Origin: Sphingobacterium cavernae
Lineage (GTDB): Bacteria; Bacteroidota; Bacteroidia; Sphingobacteriales; Sphingobacteriaceae
Assembly (NCBI RefSeq): GCF_008520265.1
Contig: NZ_VIQM01000026.1
Coordinates: 7,902 to 31,901 of the forward strand
Direction: 5' to 3'
Length of the DNA: 24,000 bases
Part shown: piece after piece, positions 4,650 to 13,146 of the stretch
Layout: each line of letters begins with the position of its first letter
Position numbering within the stretch: the stretch's first letter is position 1
Notes under the pieces: generated by a model
The model's database searches: none
Seen by the model: the letters and a program-made list of their open reading frames with translations, nothing else
What the model was told of the DNA's origin: nothing
Made by a program: the position numbers and the translations under genes

Positions 4650-7616
4650 ATGAATTACACACCAAATGACATAAAACTTATTCTTAGGCTCTTTAAAGGT
4701 CGCGAAGATGTGTTTGCTACTCGTTGGGAAAAGGCTGGTAAATCTGCCTATATGCCCGCCTATAGTTACGACCCGTATCATTATAGGTTGCATAAAGCAA
4801 ATGGAGGTACATTTAAAAGCTATCAACACAAGACATACTTGCCATTATCGGAGATAGAGATTGATAAACACTTAAGAGGAGATCAGCAGATTGGCATTTA
4901 TCCATTGCTACAGGATAATACTTCTTGGTTCATCGTAGCTGACTTTGACAAATCAGACTGGCAAGAACAAGCTGCAAAGTATTTGGAAGCTTGCACTAAT
5001 AAAAATATTCCCGCTTATCTTGAACGTTCTCGTTCAGGCAATGGAGCACATGTGTGGATATTCTTTGATCAGCCATATCCCGCCATTAAAAGTCGTAGGA
5101 TATTCCTTCGTATCTTAGAAAATTGTGGAGCTTTCTCTATGTTTGATAAGAGTTCTAGTTTTGACAGAATGTTTCCAAGCCAAGATTATCATTCAGGTGA
5201 AGGACTAGGGAATTTAATCGCACTACCTTTATATTTACCAGCGCTAATAAAAGGTAATAGTTGCTTTATCGATTCTGAAACATTAGAAGCATTTCCTGAC
5301 CAAGTCACCTACCTGAAAAACATCAACAAGGTCAATTTGGAATTACTGGACCGACTAGATAATGAAATTGATAGCGACGAGAATAACCCTAGCTCTTATA
5401 TTGATAAAAAACTTAAAATAACTCTAAATAACACAATTCGGTTAAATCGTTTCTCCATCCCATTTACTCTGATCAATTTTCTAAAAGAAAACCTGAACTT
5501 TGCAAATTCTGCTTTTATCATAAAGAAAAAAGCCGGTAGAAGCACGTTTGAAACACCTAGGTTCTATAATTTAATAGAAGAGAAGAAAAATGAACTTCAC
5601 ATCCCTAGAGGATTTATTGGGAGACTTTTGAGGTTCTGTAGAGATATAAAATTAGAGCATGAATTTGTGGATGAAAGAAAAGCACTTCCTGTTATCCCTT
5701 TTGTTTTTCAAGCGACATTAAGAAATCATCAAAATAACACAGTAGAGGCTGTTGCAAAAAAAGACTTTGGAATAATTGTCGCGCCACCTGGTGCAGGAAA
5801 AACCGTTATTGGATTAAAAATTATTGCAGACAAACAACAGCCAGCTCTTATCCTTGTACATCGTAAGCAACTTTTAGATCAATGGATAGAACGTATTGAG
5901 GGATTTTTAGTCATTCCTAAAAAAGACATAGGTATCATTGGTAAAGGAAAAGCTAAAATTGGCAATCATATTACAATAGCTACTATCCAGAGTCTCCCTA
6001 AATATATCGACACTTTACATGATAAGTTTGGAACAATTCTCATCGATGAATGTCATCACGTTCCTGCAGAATCATACCGTAATACCATTAATGCTCTACA
6101 AAGCAAGTATTGTTATGGACTTACAGCAACACCATTCAGGAAGCATAACGATGATAAGCTAATTTTTACATATCTCGGTGACATTATAACCGAAATCAAA
6201 TCTGAAGAAATTGAAGACTATAAAAAAGCAACAATAATTATTAGAAACACAACGCTTAATGTACCATACAATTCGAAAACAGACAATTTTGAGGTTCTTT
6301 CTCAAATACTAATCCATGATACAGCCAGAAACAATATCATAAGGGATGATGTAGCTAAGGAACTAAATCAAGGAAAGAAAGCTGTAATAATTACGGAGCG
6401 AAAAGAACATATCGAAACATTAAACCTGCTTCTAAAATCTAATTATGAAACCATAACACTCAGTGGCGACGATACAGACAGTAATAAGAAAGCAAAGTGG
6501 AAAACACTTTCAGAAGGGAATTTTCAAGTGTTAATTACTACAGGACAATACTTCGGTGAAGGCTCCGACATTAAGCATATTAACACACTTTTTTTAGCTT
6601 ATCCATTTTCATTTAAAGGGAAATTAATACAGTACATCGGCAGGGTACAAAGGTCCGAAATCAACCCAACGATATACGACTATCGGGACTTGCAGATTGA
6701 CTATCTTAATAAACAGTTTTTGAAACGAAACACATATTATCGTCAAATAGATAAACAAGTGACATTGTTTGATGAACCAACCTTAGATTACCAACCCAAT
6801 ACAGCAGACCTATTTATATTAGAAAAATCAGTCAAAATACCAATTGACAATCTTTCTTTTCATTATGGTCATGTGACATTTACCTATAAAGTTGATGAGA
6901 TGCACAGTATGTTAGAGTTTCAGATTGAAAACAAAGAAATGCGACCTGAATTTGATGTATTAAAAGCATATTTCAGCAAAAACTTAAAGTCAAAAAATAT
7001 AACTGTCGAAATTAAAGCAGAATTTGAGTACGGAAAACTAGTAGCACAAATAGCTACTTCTAAAGATATCGAACATATCAATAAAGAGATAGTAGAAGGG
7101 GTAAAATTCCAATTTCTCAATAAAGGTTTATTAGGGAGAAGCCCTTTTCAAAAGAAAGATATACTAACCGCAGAGCAATTACAGGAAGGACATAATATAT
7201 ATAAAAATGCAAAGGATATGATATCCGATATTCTTAAGCAACGACAATACAAACATTCCGATCAAATTCGTTTTTTAGCCGACCAGCATAGAACTGATAT
7301 TATGAAAATTCGCTTTGTGCTTAGTCCGTTTGCTTTTGTATTCCTTTTTTCAGGGAATAGACAATATCACATCATTCTAGAAACACTAGATACAGAAGAA
7401 GCAACATACATCTGGCATACAGATAAAAACAGATCTTCATTAATAGAAGCAATCGAAATCATTAACAAAGACCTTCAGGTTATTCGAGAAAAAGGCAGAC
7501 AAGTGTTTTTAGATGAATACATTCCTTCAAATTTTAGTCGAATACTACATGACTATACAGAACCAGAGAAAGGTTTCATATTATGGAAGAGCATGTTGGA
7601 AGAAGTCATTCACTGA
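4650..7616 (+). CDS. Fusion protein: N-terminal archaeo-eukaryotic primase (PrimPol-like) domain + SF2 DEAH-box helicase + uncharacterised C-terminal region
   Basis: This is a 988-aa ORF. AEP motifs are hhhADFD (aa 94-100), SGNGAHVWIFF (129-139) and FDRMFPSQD...GLGNLIALPL (171-194). Helicase motifs are LRNHQ (357-361), APPGAGKT (378-385), DECHH (466-470), TATP (492-495), VLITTGQYFGEGSDI (627-641) and QYIGRVQR (661-668). I recognise no motifs in aa ~700-988. Confidence 0.85.
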   Translation: MNYTPNDIKLILRLFKGREDVFATRWEKAGKSAYMPAYSYDPYHYRLHKANGGTFKSYQHKTYLPLSEIEIDKHLRGDQQIGIYPLLQDNTSWFIVADFDKSDWQEQAAKYLEACTNKNIPAYLERSRSGNGAHVWIFFDQPYPAIKSRRIFLRILENCGAFSMFDKSSSFDRMFPSQDYHSGEGLGNLIALPLYLPALIKGNSCFIDSETLEAFPDQVTYLKNINKVNLELLDRLDNEIDSDENNPSSYIDKKLKITLNNTIRLNRFSIPFTLINFLKENLNFANSAFIIKKKAGRSTFETPRFYNLIEEKKNELHIPRGFIGRLLRFCRDIKLEHEFVDERKALPVIPFVFQATLRNHQNNTVEAVAKKDFGIIVAPPGAGKTVIGLKIIADKQQPALILVHRKQLLDQWIERIEGFLVIPKKDIGIIGKGKAKIGNHITIATIQSLPKYIDTLHDKFGTILIDECHHVPAESYRNTINALQSKYCYGLTATPFRKHNDDKLIFTYLGDIITEIKSEEIEDYKKATIIIRNTTLNVPYNSKTDNFEVLSQILIHDTARNNIIRDDVAKELNQGKKAVIITERKEHIETLNLLLKSNYETITLSGDDTDSNKKAKWKTLSEGNFQVLITTGQYFGEGSDIKHINTLFLAYPFSFKGKLIQYIGRVQRSEINPTIYDYRDLQIDYLNKQFLKRNTYYRQIDKQVTLFDEPTLDYQPNTADLFILEKSVKIPIDNLSFHYGHVTFTYKVDEMHSMLEFQIENKEMRPEFDVLKAYFSKNLKSKNITVEIKAEFEYGKLVAQIATSKDIEHINKEIVEGVKFQFLNKGLLGRSPFQKKDILTAEQLQEGHNIYKNAKDMISDILKQRQYKHSDQIRFLADQHRTDIMKIRFVLSPFAFVFLFSGNRQYHIILETLDTEEATYIWHTDKNRSSLIEAIEIINKDLQVIREKGRQVFLDEYIPSNFSRILHDYTEPEKGFILWKSMLEEVIH
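4692..5294 (+). other. AEP / PrimPol-like domain of the 988-aa protein
   Basis: The three classical AEP motifs (DxD, sGxGxH, hD...) appear in the correct order and spacing, at nt 4938-4949, 5034-5057 and 5160-5177. Confidence 0.7.
5712..6665 (+). other. SF2 (DEAH, Res/XPB-like) helicase core of the 988-aa protein
   Basis: Walker A is at nt 5781-5804, DECH at 6045-6056 and motif VI at 6630-6653. This gives two RecA-like lobes. Confidence 0.85.
6747..7613 (+). other. C-terminal ~290-aa region of unknown function
   Basis: aa 700-988 are Lys/Glu/Ile-rich with a hydrophobic block, RFVLSPFAFVFLFSGNRQYHIILETLD. I found no nuclease, NTPase or Zn-finger signature by eye. Confidence 0.4.
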
Positions 7617-7876
7617 GAGACAAGCTTAAAATTACAGTCAACACCGTATAATACTCATGAGTATATAAATTCCTCAATCATGTAACACAAACCTTACTTT
7701 CTCCAATTATTTACTCAAAAACAAATATTACAATTAGATAATATTAAGAAAAATCACTAAATTTATCAAATAGCAATTGCGGCTAAAATGTATATCAAAC
7801 AAGTGAGATATTCAGTATGTCTGAAAAAATAAGGTTTGTAAATCACTGATAAAGAGATTGATGTTCGGCAGGTGTT

Positions 7877-7893
7877 ATTCCCCTACGGGCTAC
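7877..7893 (+). repeat. Right copy of the 17-bp direct repeat (attR-like; displaced tRNA-Glu 3' end)
   Basis: ATTCCCCTACGGGCTAC is identical to 2042-2058. Flanking bases also partly match (GGT..ATT). Confidence 0.85.
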
Positions 7894-7894
7894 G

Positions 7895-7926
7895 AAAAGC
7901 GACTACAAAAGAGTCGCTTTTTTATT
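7895..7926. terminator. Bidirectional intrinsic terminator (probable original tRNA-Glu terminator; also ends the convergent hydrolase gene)
   Basis: AAAAGCGACT (7895-7904) pairs with AGTCGCTTTT (7912-7921) around a 7-nt loop. The T-run continues on the + strand, and an A-run/T-run is present on the - strand. Confidence 0.7.
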
Positions 7927-8671
7927 TTAAGACCTCATCCAAAAACAATATTAAATGATTCCAAGCGCGTTTTGCCATTGTAGGGTTATAATCATTTGAT
8001 GCAGGATTTGTAAAAGTATGACCGCTATTTGCGTAAGTTATGATTTGGTAATCTGCTTTCCCCTCTTTTAATTCTTTTTCTAGATTGTCGTAATCAGCCT
8101 TACTAACAGATTTGTCTTCAGCTGGATGCTGAACCAACACCCTCGTCTTAATTGTACCATTTATTCTATCTGATCCTTTCGACAAACCTCCATGAATACT
8201 CACAGCACCTAGGACATCAAAATTTGCTCTCGCTACCTCTAGTGCTCCTGTCCCTCCAAAACAATATCCGATTACAGCAATTTTTTCAGGATCAACCCCT
8301 TTCTCAATAAATGTTTGTAATGCTAATTTAATACGATGTTGGTAAGCTTTGTAATCTGACTTATACATCCCAGCTAGTTTACCTGCTGCAGCGTTGTCTT
8401 GCGGCACATTTCCCTCGCCATAGATATCAGCAATAAAAACATTGTAGCCAATTTTATGCAATTCTACCGCAGCGTCTTTGGCCTCTTGATCAATTCCCTT
8501 CCATGCTGGCAAAATAAGAACACCGGGCTGCAAATTACCTTTGGTCGAGGTAATAACCAAACCTTTAAGTATTTGTGTGTTATCCTTGTAAATTACTTCT
8601 TTTAGTTCTTGGCTAAAGGAATTGCTAACACAAAGTAAGCATAGTAATACTGCAATTAGATTATTTTTCAT
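7922..8671 (-). CDS. Dienelactone hydrolase family protein, secreted
   Basis: This is a 249-aa ORF. It has an N-terminal signal peptide (MKNNLIAVLLCLLCVSNSFSQ), the nucleophile motif IGYCFGG and a C-terminal GHTF histidine motif. Confidence 0.85.
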   Translation of the reverse strand: MKNNLIAVLLCLLCVSNSFSQELKEVIYKDNTQILKGLVITSTKGNLQPGVLILPAWKGIDQEAKDAAVELHKIGYNVFIADIYGEGNVPQDNAAAGKLAGMYKSDYKAYQHRIKLALQTFIEKGVDPEKIAVIGYCFGGTGALEVARANFDVLGAVSIHGGLSKGSDRINGTIKTRVLVQHPAEDKSVSKADYDNLEKELKEGKADYQIITYANSGHTFTNPASNDYNPTMAKRAWNHLILFLDEVLK

Positions 8672-8747
8672 AAAGATCTTAGATTAGTGATATTTAATTT
8701 ACAACATATAATCTATACAATTTGTTCGGCTATATTAAATCAAATAT

Positions 8748-11432
8748 TTACTTGCTTGTTTTTGAAAAATTAAATACTGCTTTTAAAACGGCCATTCTAC
8801 CACGTAGTTCATAGCTGTTTTGAGATTGCATATTAGCATTGATGTTATAAGTATTGAATCTCTTGTTATTTCCAATATTGGATATACGAAGCTCAAAATC
8901 TGTTTTCCATTTCTTATGCGCGTAACGCATAAAGGAGTCCATGAAAAAGTAATTTATATCTTGTAATGCTTGTTGATGGCTATATAAATGTCGACCACTA
9001 ACCTGGATATGAAATTTCTTGTATAAAGTCAACGGAAAACTCAGATTTTGAGAAATGCCAAATGTTTTTTGATCTAGATCCATATCTGAATGCATTTGTT
9101 CTGTCTTCGTCCAATTCATATTTCCACTGTAGGAAAGATTTAACTTCTTCCATAGTCTAGTTTCAATTTTTGGACTTAAAGAATAAGTTGTATTTAAAAA
9201 TGGCAACAACTCGTCATTGAATATTTGATTGTAATCAGTCCAGTTTACAGAGGATCCTATTTTTAATGATGTTGCCCATTTGAAAATATATTTATCAAAA
9301 CCCGCATTTACACCATAACTATTTATCGCATTCTCTTGTTCTATTAGCACAATCTGCGAGTTGTCTACATCAATCCTATTCGAAATCATCGTTGAAGAAA
9401 CTGATTTATTATAATTCAATCCCAGATTGTAGAAAAGAAGCTTCACCGCTTTACCGGATTTATAATTCAAAGTAAAATTGTTGTGTATAGATTCATTAAT
9501 TCCTGCGGTATTGTTTGCAATCATCCGGTAATTTCGTACGATATATCCACGATAAACATTCTCTATATTGCCAAAAGTATTGCCTCGCTGAAAATTAAAT
9601 GATAGTTCATTTTGTGCATCAAAATTGTATCTACTTGAAAAAGCTGGCTCAAACATTATCTTATTCAAATTTTCTTTGAGCTGAAACAGCGGATCATTGT
9701 ACGATGTATGTTGAAATGCTAATGGCAAAACAAGTTGAGACGACAATTTTCGATGTTTATAATCATACGTCGCTAGTGCAGCTACAGAAGACCGCGACCA
9801 CTCCATATCATTTTGCGTAGATATTGCAGTTAATGGTATTAGACTATTGCCATCTTCTAGGGAAATATCGGAATTTAAATTTTGCTTGTCCGCGGTAATA
9901 TTTACACTATAATACTGCGAAATTCTACCTTTTGGAAGCCTATAGCCAACACTCATATTTGTCAACCAAGAAGGAACTTCTACGTGCTGATTAATCTTAT
10001 CATAAGGAGAATCCTCATTCAATAAGTCAACATATACTCCTGGCGTAATACCTAATATTTGTGGTTTAGAACCGTAATTAAAATACCAGCCAAATTGAAT
10101 GATATCGCCATTTTTCAATGCGGGTACATAATCCAATTTATTCTTAAATCCTTTTATTAAATAATCGCGGTTAAGTTCGAATGATGAGTTATTTGAAAAT
10201 ATAGAAGCATTAGCATGTGCGTTTTCAATTTCCCACGCAAATTCATTATTGAAATAATACTTCTCAATATTTTTAGCGAAGCTAGCGTTGAATGAACCCA
10301 CCCATTCTTTTTCCAAAGCATGTTGTTTCTCGTCAAAACTTATATCTCCACCCTCTGTAAAATAGGTTGTTTTTCCAAAAAATTCCTTCGAACTTTTATC
10401 CAATACCCCCTGTATGTTAATTGTCAACGTCCAATCTTTCTTGAATTTGTAAAGATTGTTCGCGTTAAATCCTACTGAATTATTCATTAAATAATGCGCT
10501 CTTTGGATCGGTGGATTTCCTACCGTGCCTAAATCCAATAGGTTATTAATTGGTGTTCGTCCTAATCGCGATAATAGCGAAGATGAATTAAACCCAATTA
10601 AATCTCCCTTCAGCTCATTTCCAATATTATTTCCTTGTAATACATTTAGACCTTTATATTTCTTATTGAACATCACACTATTCAATTCCATGTCATATTG
10701 CTTTGGAAGTCCTATACCAATCTTCGCTTGCCCAGACACAGAAATTTTGGCTTCATCTTTAGTCACCAAATTCAATGCAACATCATCGCTGTACCTTCTA
10801 TTTTTTAGTACTTTCATATGCTCATGATTGCTAATCATCTCCACATCTTGAATTAGTTTGTGTCCTATAGTCTTTGTGCCTATTCGATATTTGTCCTTCA
10901 ACAGATCATCCCCATCCAAATAAAAATTTGATATAGCCTTACCTTGATATTTTATTTGTCCAGACTCAGACACTTCAATTCCTGGCATTCGCTTTAGCAC
11001 GTCGCCTATAGATCGATCTTCATCTTGCGCAAATGAAGACACATTATAAGCTAGAGTGTCTCCAACTTGCTGTATCCTTGGCTTGCTTTTTACTTCTACA
11101 TCTTCTAATAAAATTGTACTCTCTTCAAGTTCAATAATCTGTGTTTGCCCTTTATTGATAAGGTCATGTCGCTTCTTTTTATAACCTAAGTGATTAATCT
11201 CAAGGTAGATTCCTTCTATTTGTTTAGAAGTTTGAAGTACAAACTCTCCTTCTTTATTCGTTGACTTAAAAGTAATTATTTTGTTTTCATAACTTTTCAA
11301 TAAAACTGTAATTGCTTGTAAGCTTTTTTTGGTTTCGTAGTCAATAACTTTGCCTGAAATCTCAGTAACTTGCGCGATGCCGTGTATGCATACGAATGTG
11401 CAAAAGAAGAGTAATAACAGTATTTGACGCAT
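8748..11432 (-). CDS. Outer-membrane beta-barrel protein with CarboxypepD_reg-like and TonB-dependent-receptor plug-like N-terminal domains
   Basis: This is an 894-aa ORF with a signal peptide. GKVIDYETKKSLQAITVLLK is a carboxypeptidase-regulatory-like fold. DTLAYNVSSF...DRSIGDVLKRMPGIEV...GQIKYQGKAISNFYLDGDDLL is plug-like. A long Asn/Tyr/Ser-rich barrel region ends in an aromatic residue pattern. Confidence 0.8.
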   Translation of the reverse strand: MRQILLLLFFCTFVCIHGIAQVTEISGKVIDYETKKSLQAITVLLKSYENKIITFKSTNKEGEFVLQTSKQIEGIYLEINHLGYKKKRHDLINKGQTQIIELEESTILLEDVEVKSKPRIQQVGDTLAYNVSSFAQDEDRSIGDVLKRMPGIEVSESGQIKYQGKAISNFYLDGDDLLKDKYRIGTKTIGHKLIQDVEMISNHEHMKVLKNRRYSDDVALNLVTKDEAKISVSGQAKIGIGLPKQYDMELNSVMFNKKYKGLNVLQGNNIGNELKGDLIGFNSSSLLSRLGRTPINNLLDLGTVGNPPIQRAHYLMNNSVGFNANNLYKFKKDWTLTINIQGVLDKSSKEFFGKTTYFTEGGDISFDEKQHALEKEWVGSFNASFAKNIEKYYFNNEFAWEIENAHANASIFSNNSSFELNRDYLIKGFKNKLDYVPALKNGDIIQFGWYFNYGSKPQILGITPGVYVDLLNEDSPYDKINQHVEVPSWLTNMSVGYRLPKGRISQYYSVNITADKQNLNSDISLEDGNSLIPLTAISTQNDMEWSRSSVAALATYDYKHRKLSSQLVLPLAFQHTSYNDPLFQLKENLNKIMFEPAFSSRYNFDAQNELSFNFQRGNTFGNIENVYRGYIVRNYRMIANNTAGINESIHNNFTLNYKSGKAVKLLFYNLGLNYNKSVSSTMISNRIDVDNSQIVLIEQENAINSYGVNAGFDKYIFKWATSLKIGSSVNWTDYNQIFNDELLPFLNTTYSLSPKIETRLWKKLNLSYSGNMNWTKTEQMHSDMDLDQKTFGISQNLSFPLTLYKKFHIQVSGRHLYSHQQALQDINYFFMDSFMRYAHKKWKTDFELRISNIGNNKRFNTYNINANMQSQNSYELRGRMAVLKAVFNFSKTSK

Positions 11433-11437
11433 ACAAA

Positions 11438-12328
11438 CTAAGGAATCAGTTCTATAGGATTATTAGTAATCTGTGAAGGCTTATAGTTCTCTTCATTATT
11501 GATTGAAATAGATTTAATCCGAGATGGATCCATAACTCCTCCAGCCGCACTTCCGCTAGATGAAGACTTCACAACCACACCATTACCTGATGAAATCATT
11601 TTACTATTATTCGCTTGTCTGGACTCAATGTATGCAGATGGATTATTTCTAAATGCTTTATCCAACTTTTCTACTTCCTCCTTTGTCGCAGAAATCGCTT
11701 TTTCAGAAGGTTGAATTTTTAAAGGAGTATCGCCTTCGATTTTTTCAAAACCATCGAATTCAAACATAACTTCTTGTTTCGTATCTGCTGCTGATAATAT
11801 TAATCCAGGCAATCCATGCAATTTCCATGGTCCAAAAGGCATAGGTATCTCCGTTGTAAACCAAGCTTCATAAGTTCTTCCTTTAAACTTTGTTGTAGCT
11901 TTCTGACAAGTGTATCCGCCTATTACTTTTGAGTCTTCAAAAATCTCCCAGTCCAATACTGGAAAGTTTTCTTTTAAAAGATATTCATCTGATGCTACAC
12001 GATATACTTCCTGCAATTCATTTTTAGCTAAATCTAACACATAAGATGATTTTATCGTTGATGTGTTTTTACTAAGGACGATATTTCCGTCAAAAGAAGG
12101 GTTACTCATTTGCTCCTTTAGCTTTTCATTGACTTTGTCACTAGATACACTCGTATAAAGACTAGTCTTTACACCTAAATATGTACCAACATTATCACGC
12201 AAGAATTTATCACGCTGCGCGGTATCATTCATATGTTTAAAAACATAATAGATTTTTGCGATAGGTGTTTCTTGTGCTATTGATTGTAAGCAAAACACCA
12301 ATAAAAACGATAGAATTGAAAGTCTCAT
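11438..12328 (-). CDS. GLPGLI family protein
   Basis: This is a 296-aa ORF with a signal peptide and the eponymous motif [11 protein letters not shown]. It lies 5 nt upstream of the OMP gene on the same strand. Confidence 0.85.
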   Translation of the reverse strand: [296 protein letters not shown]

Positions 12329-12375
12329 AATATATTAATTTACGATTTTTTAGTAATACTACGGTTTTTTAGTAA

Positions 12376-13146
12376 CTAACGCAAATTTTTTCTTCCTTTC
12401 AATTCTTTGGGGTTATTAGTTTCAAAAGAAGGCTTATAATCGTCATCGGTCCTTAAATCGAAATGATGCTTTGAATAATCAATTCCCATTAAATCATTAC
12501 CGATCTCCATTCTTCCAGAATTTTGTAAGGATTGAAAATAGGTGCCTTGATCTTCATTAAAGGCTTTTCTTATCTTCTCAATTTCAGATGGATTAGACTT
12601 TATCACGTAAAATGGAATTTCTACCCGAGAATCATCATCAAGTTTTTCAAAACCATGATATTCGAATTTTACTTCTCTTTTATCATCATATGCTTCTAAT
12701 ATAAGTCCTGGTAAGCCATGAAGTTTCCAAGGTCCGAAAGGAAATGGTAACTCTGTTGTAAACCAAGCTTCATACGTTCTTCCTTTGAATTGTGTTATGG
12801 CTTTCTGACAGGTGTAACCACCAATTTCTTTTGTTTCTTCTAAAATTTTCCAGTTTTATTCCACTAAAGGCACTTTATAAGTAAATGCATCAAAGGTTGA
12901 TGATATAGTTACCACCTTATCCACCTCTTTACTCTCTTTATGAATCAACTAGAATTCATTAATTGCTGTGGTAGTGAACTTGAGAACTATATGCCCTGTA
13001 AAATCCGCTAAAACTTTTTGTGCAGCTATGTCTTTTTGAATAATAACATTACTATACGTTGTATAATAAGAAGAATTATTACTTAAGTAAGTAACTACTT
13101 TATCTCGTAACGGTTGATCTATGTGATTTGAATCGTTGATGTGGTG
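12376..13146 (-). pseudogene. GLPGLI family paralogue, inactivated (two in-frame stops, 5' end abutting the IS element)
   Basis: A single reverse frame reads ...VVHHINDSNHIDQPLRDKVVTYL...INEF*LIHKESKEV...[63 protein letters not shown]...NNPKELKGRKNLR*. The stops are TAG at 12949-12951 and TAA at 12856-12858. The sequence is colinear with the 11438-12328 protein. Confidence 0.8.

Larger units (their letters stand above)
2042..7893. mobile_element. Integrase-less genomic islet inserted at the tRNA-Glu 3' end (defence-type cargo)
   Basis: Perfect 17-bp direct repeats of the tRNA 3' end bound the islet. The right copy is followed by a strong terminator hairpin that fits the displaced original tRNA terminator. 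The cargo is AbiE, an AEP-helicase and a decayed helicase fragment. No recombinase ORF is present on either strand. Confidence 0.7.

Noticed and set aside
7862-7870. The motif TGTTCGGC recurs at ~7862, ~8733 and ~19784 in intergenic DNA
   Set aside because: It is an 8-mer seen three times in 24 kb without a conserved surrounding context. That is compatible with chance.
2059-7876. Search for an integrase, excisionase or replication origin inside the islet
   Set aside because: No ORF on either strand shows tyrosine-recombinase (R..HxxR..Y) or serine-recombinase patterns. I could not convincingly define arm-type repeats in 7617-7876 or 2059-2160.
7617-7876. 260-bp AT-rich non-coding stretch between the AEP-helicase stop and the right repeat; possible small gene or RNA
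   Set aside because: Only tiny ORFs of 14 codons or fewer are present, and I found no stable stem-loops or repeats. It is probably just the degenerate attP arm.
12341-12375. Imperfect direct repeat TACGATTTTTTAGTAA / TACGGTTTTTTAGTAA between the two GLPGLI genes
   Set aside because: It is short, has one mismatch and sits in an AT-rich intergenic spacer. It could be promoter-related, but there is no consensus match and too little evidence.
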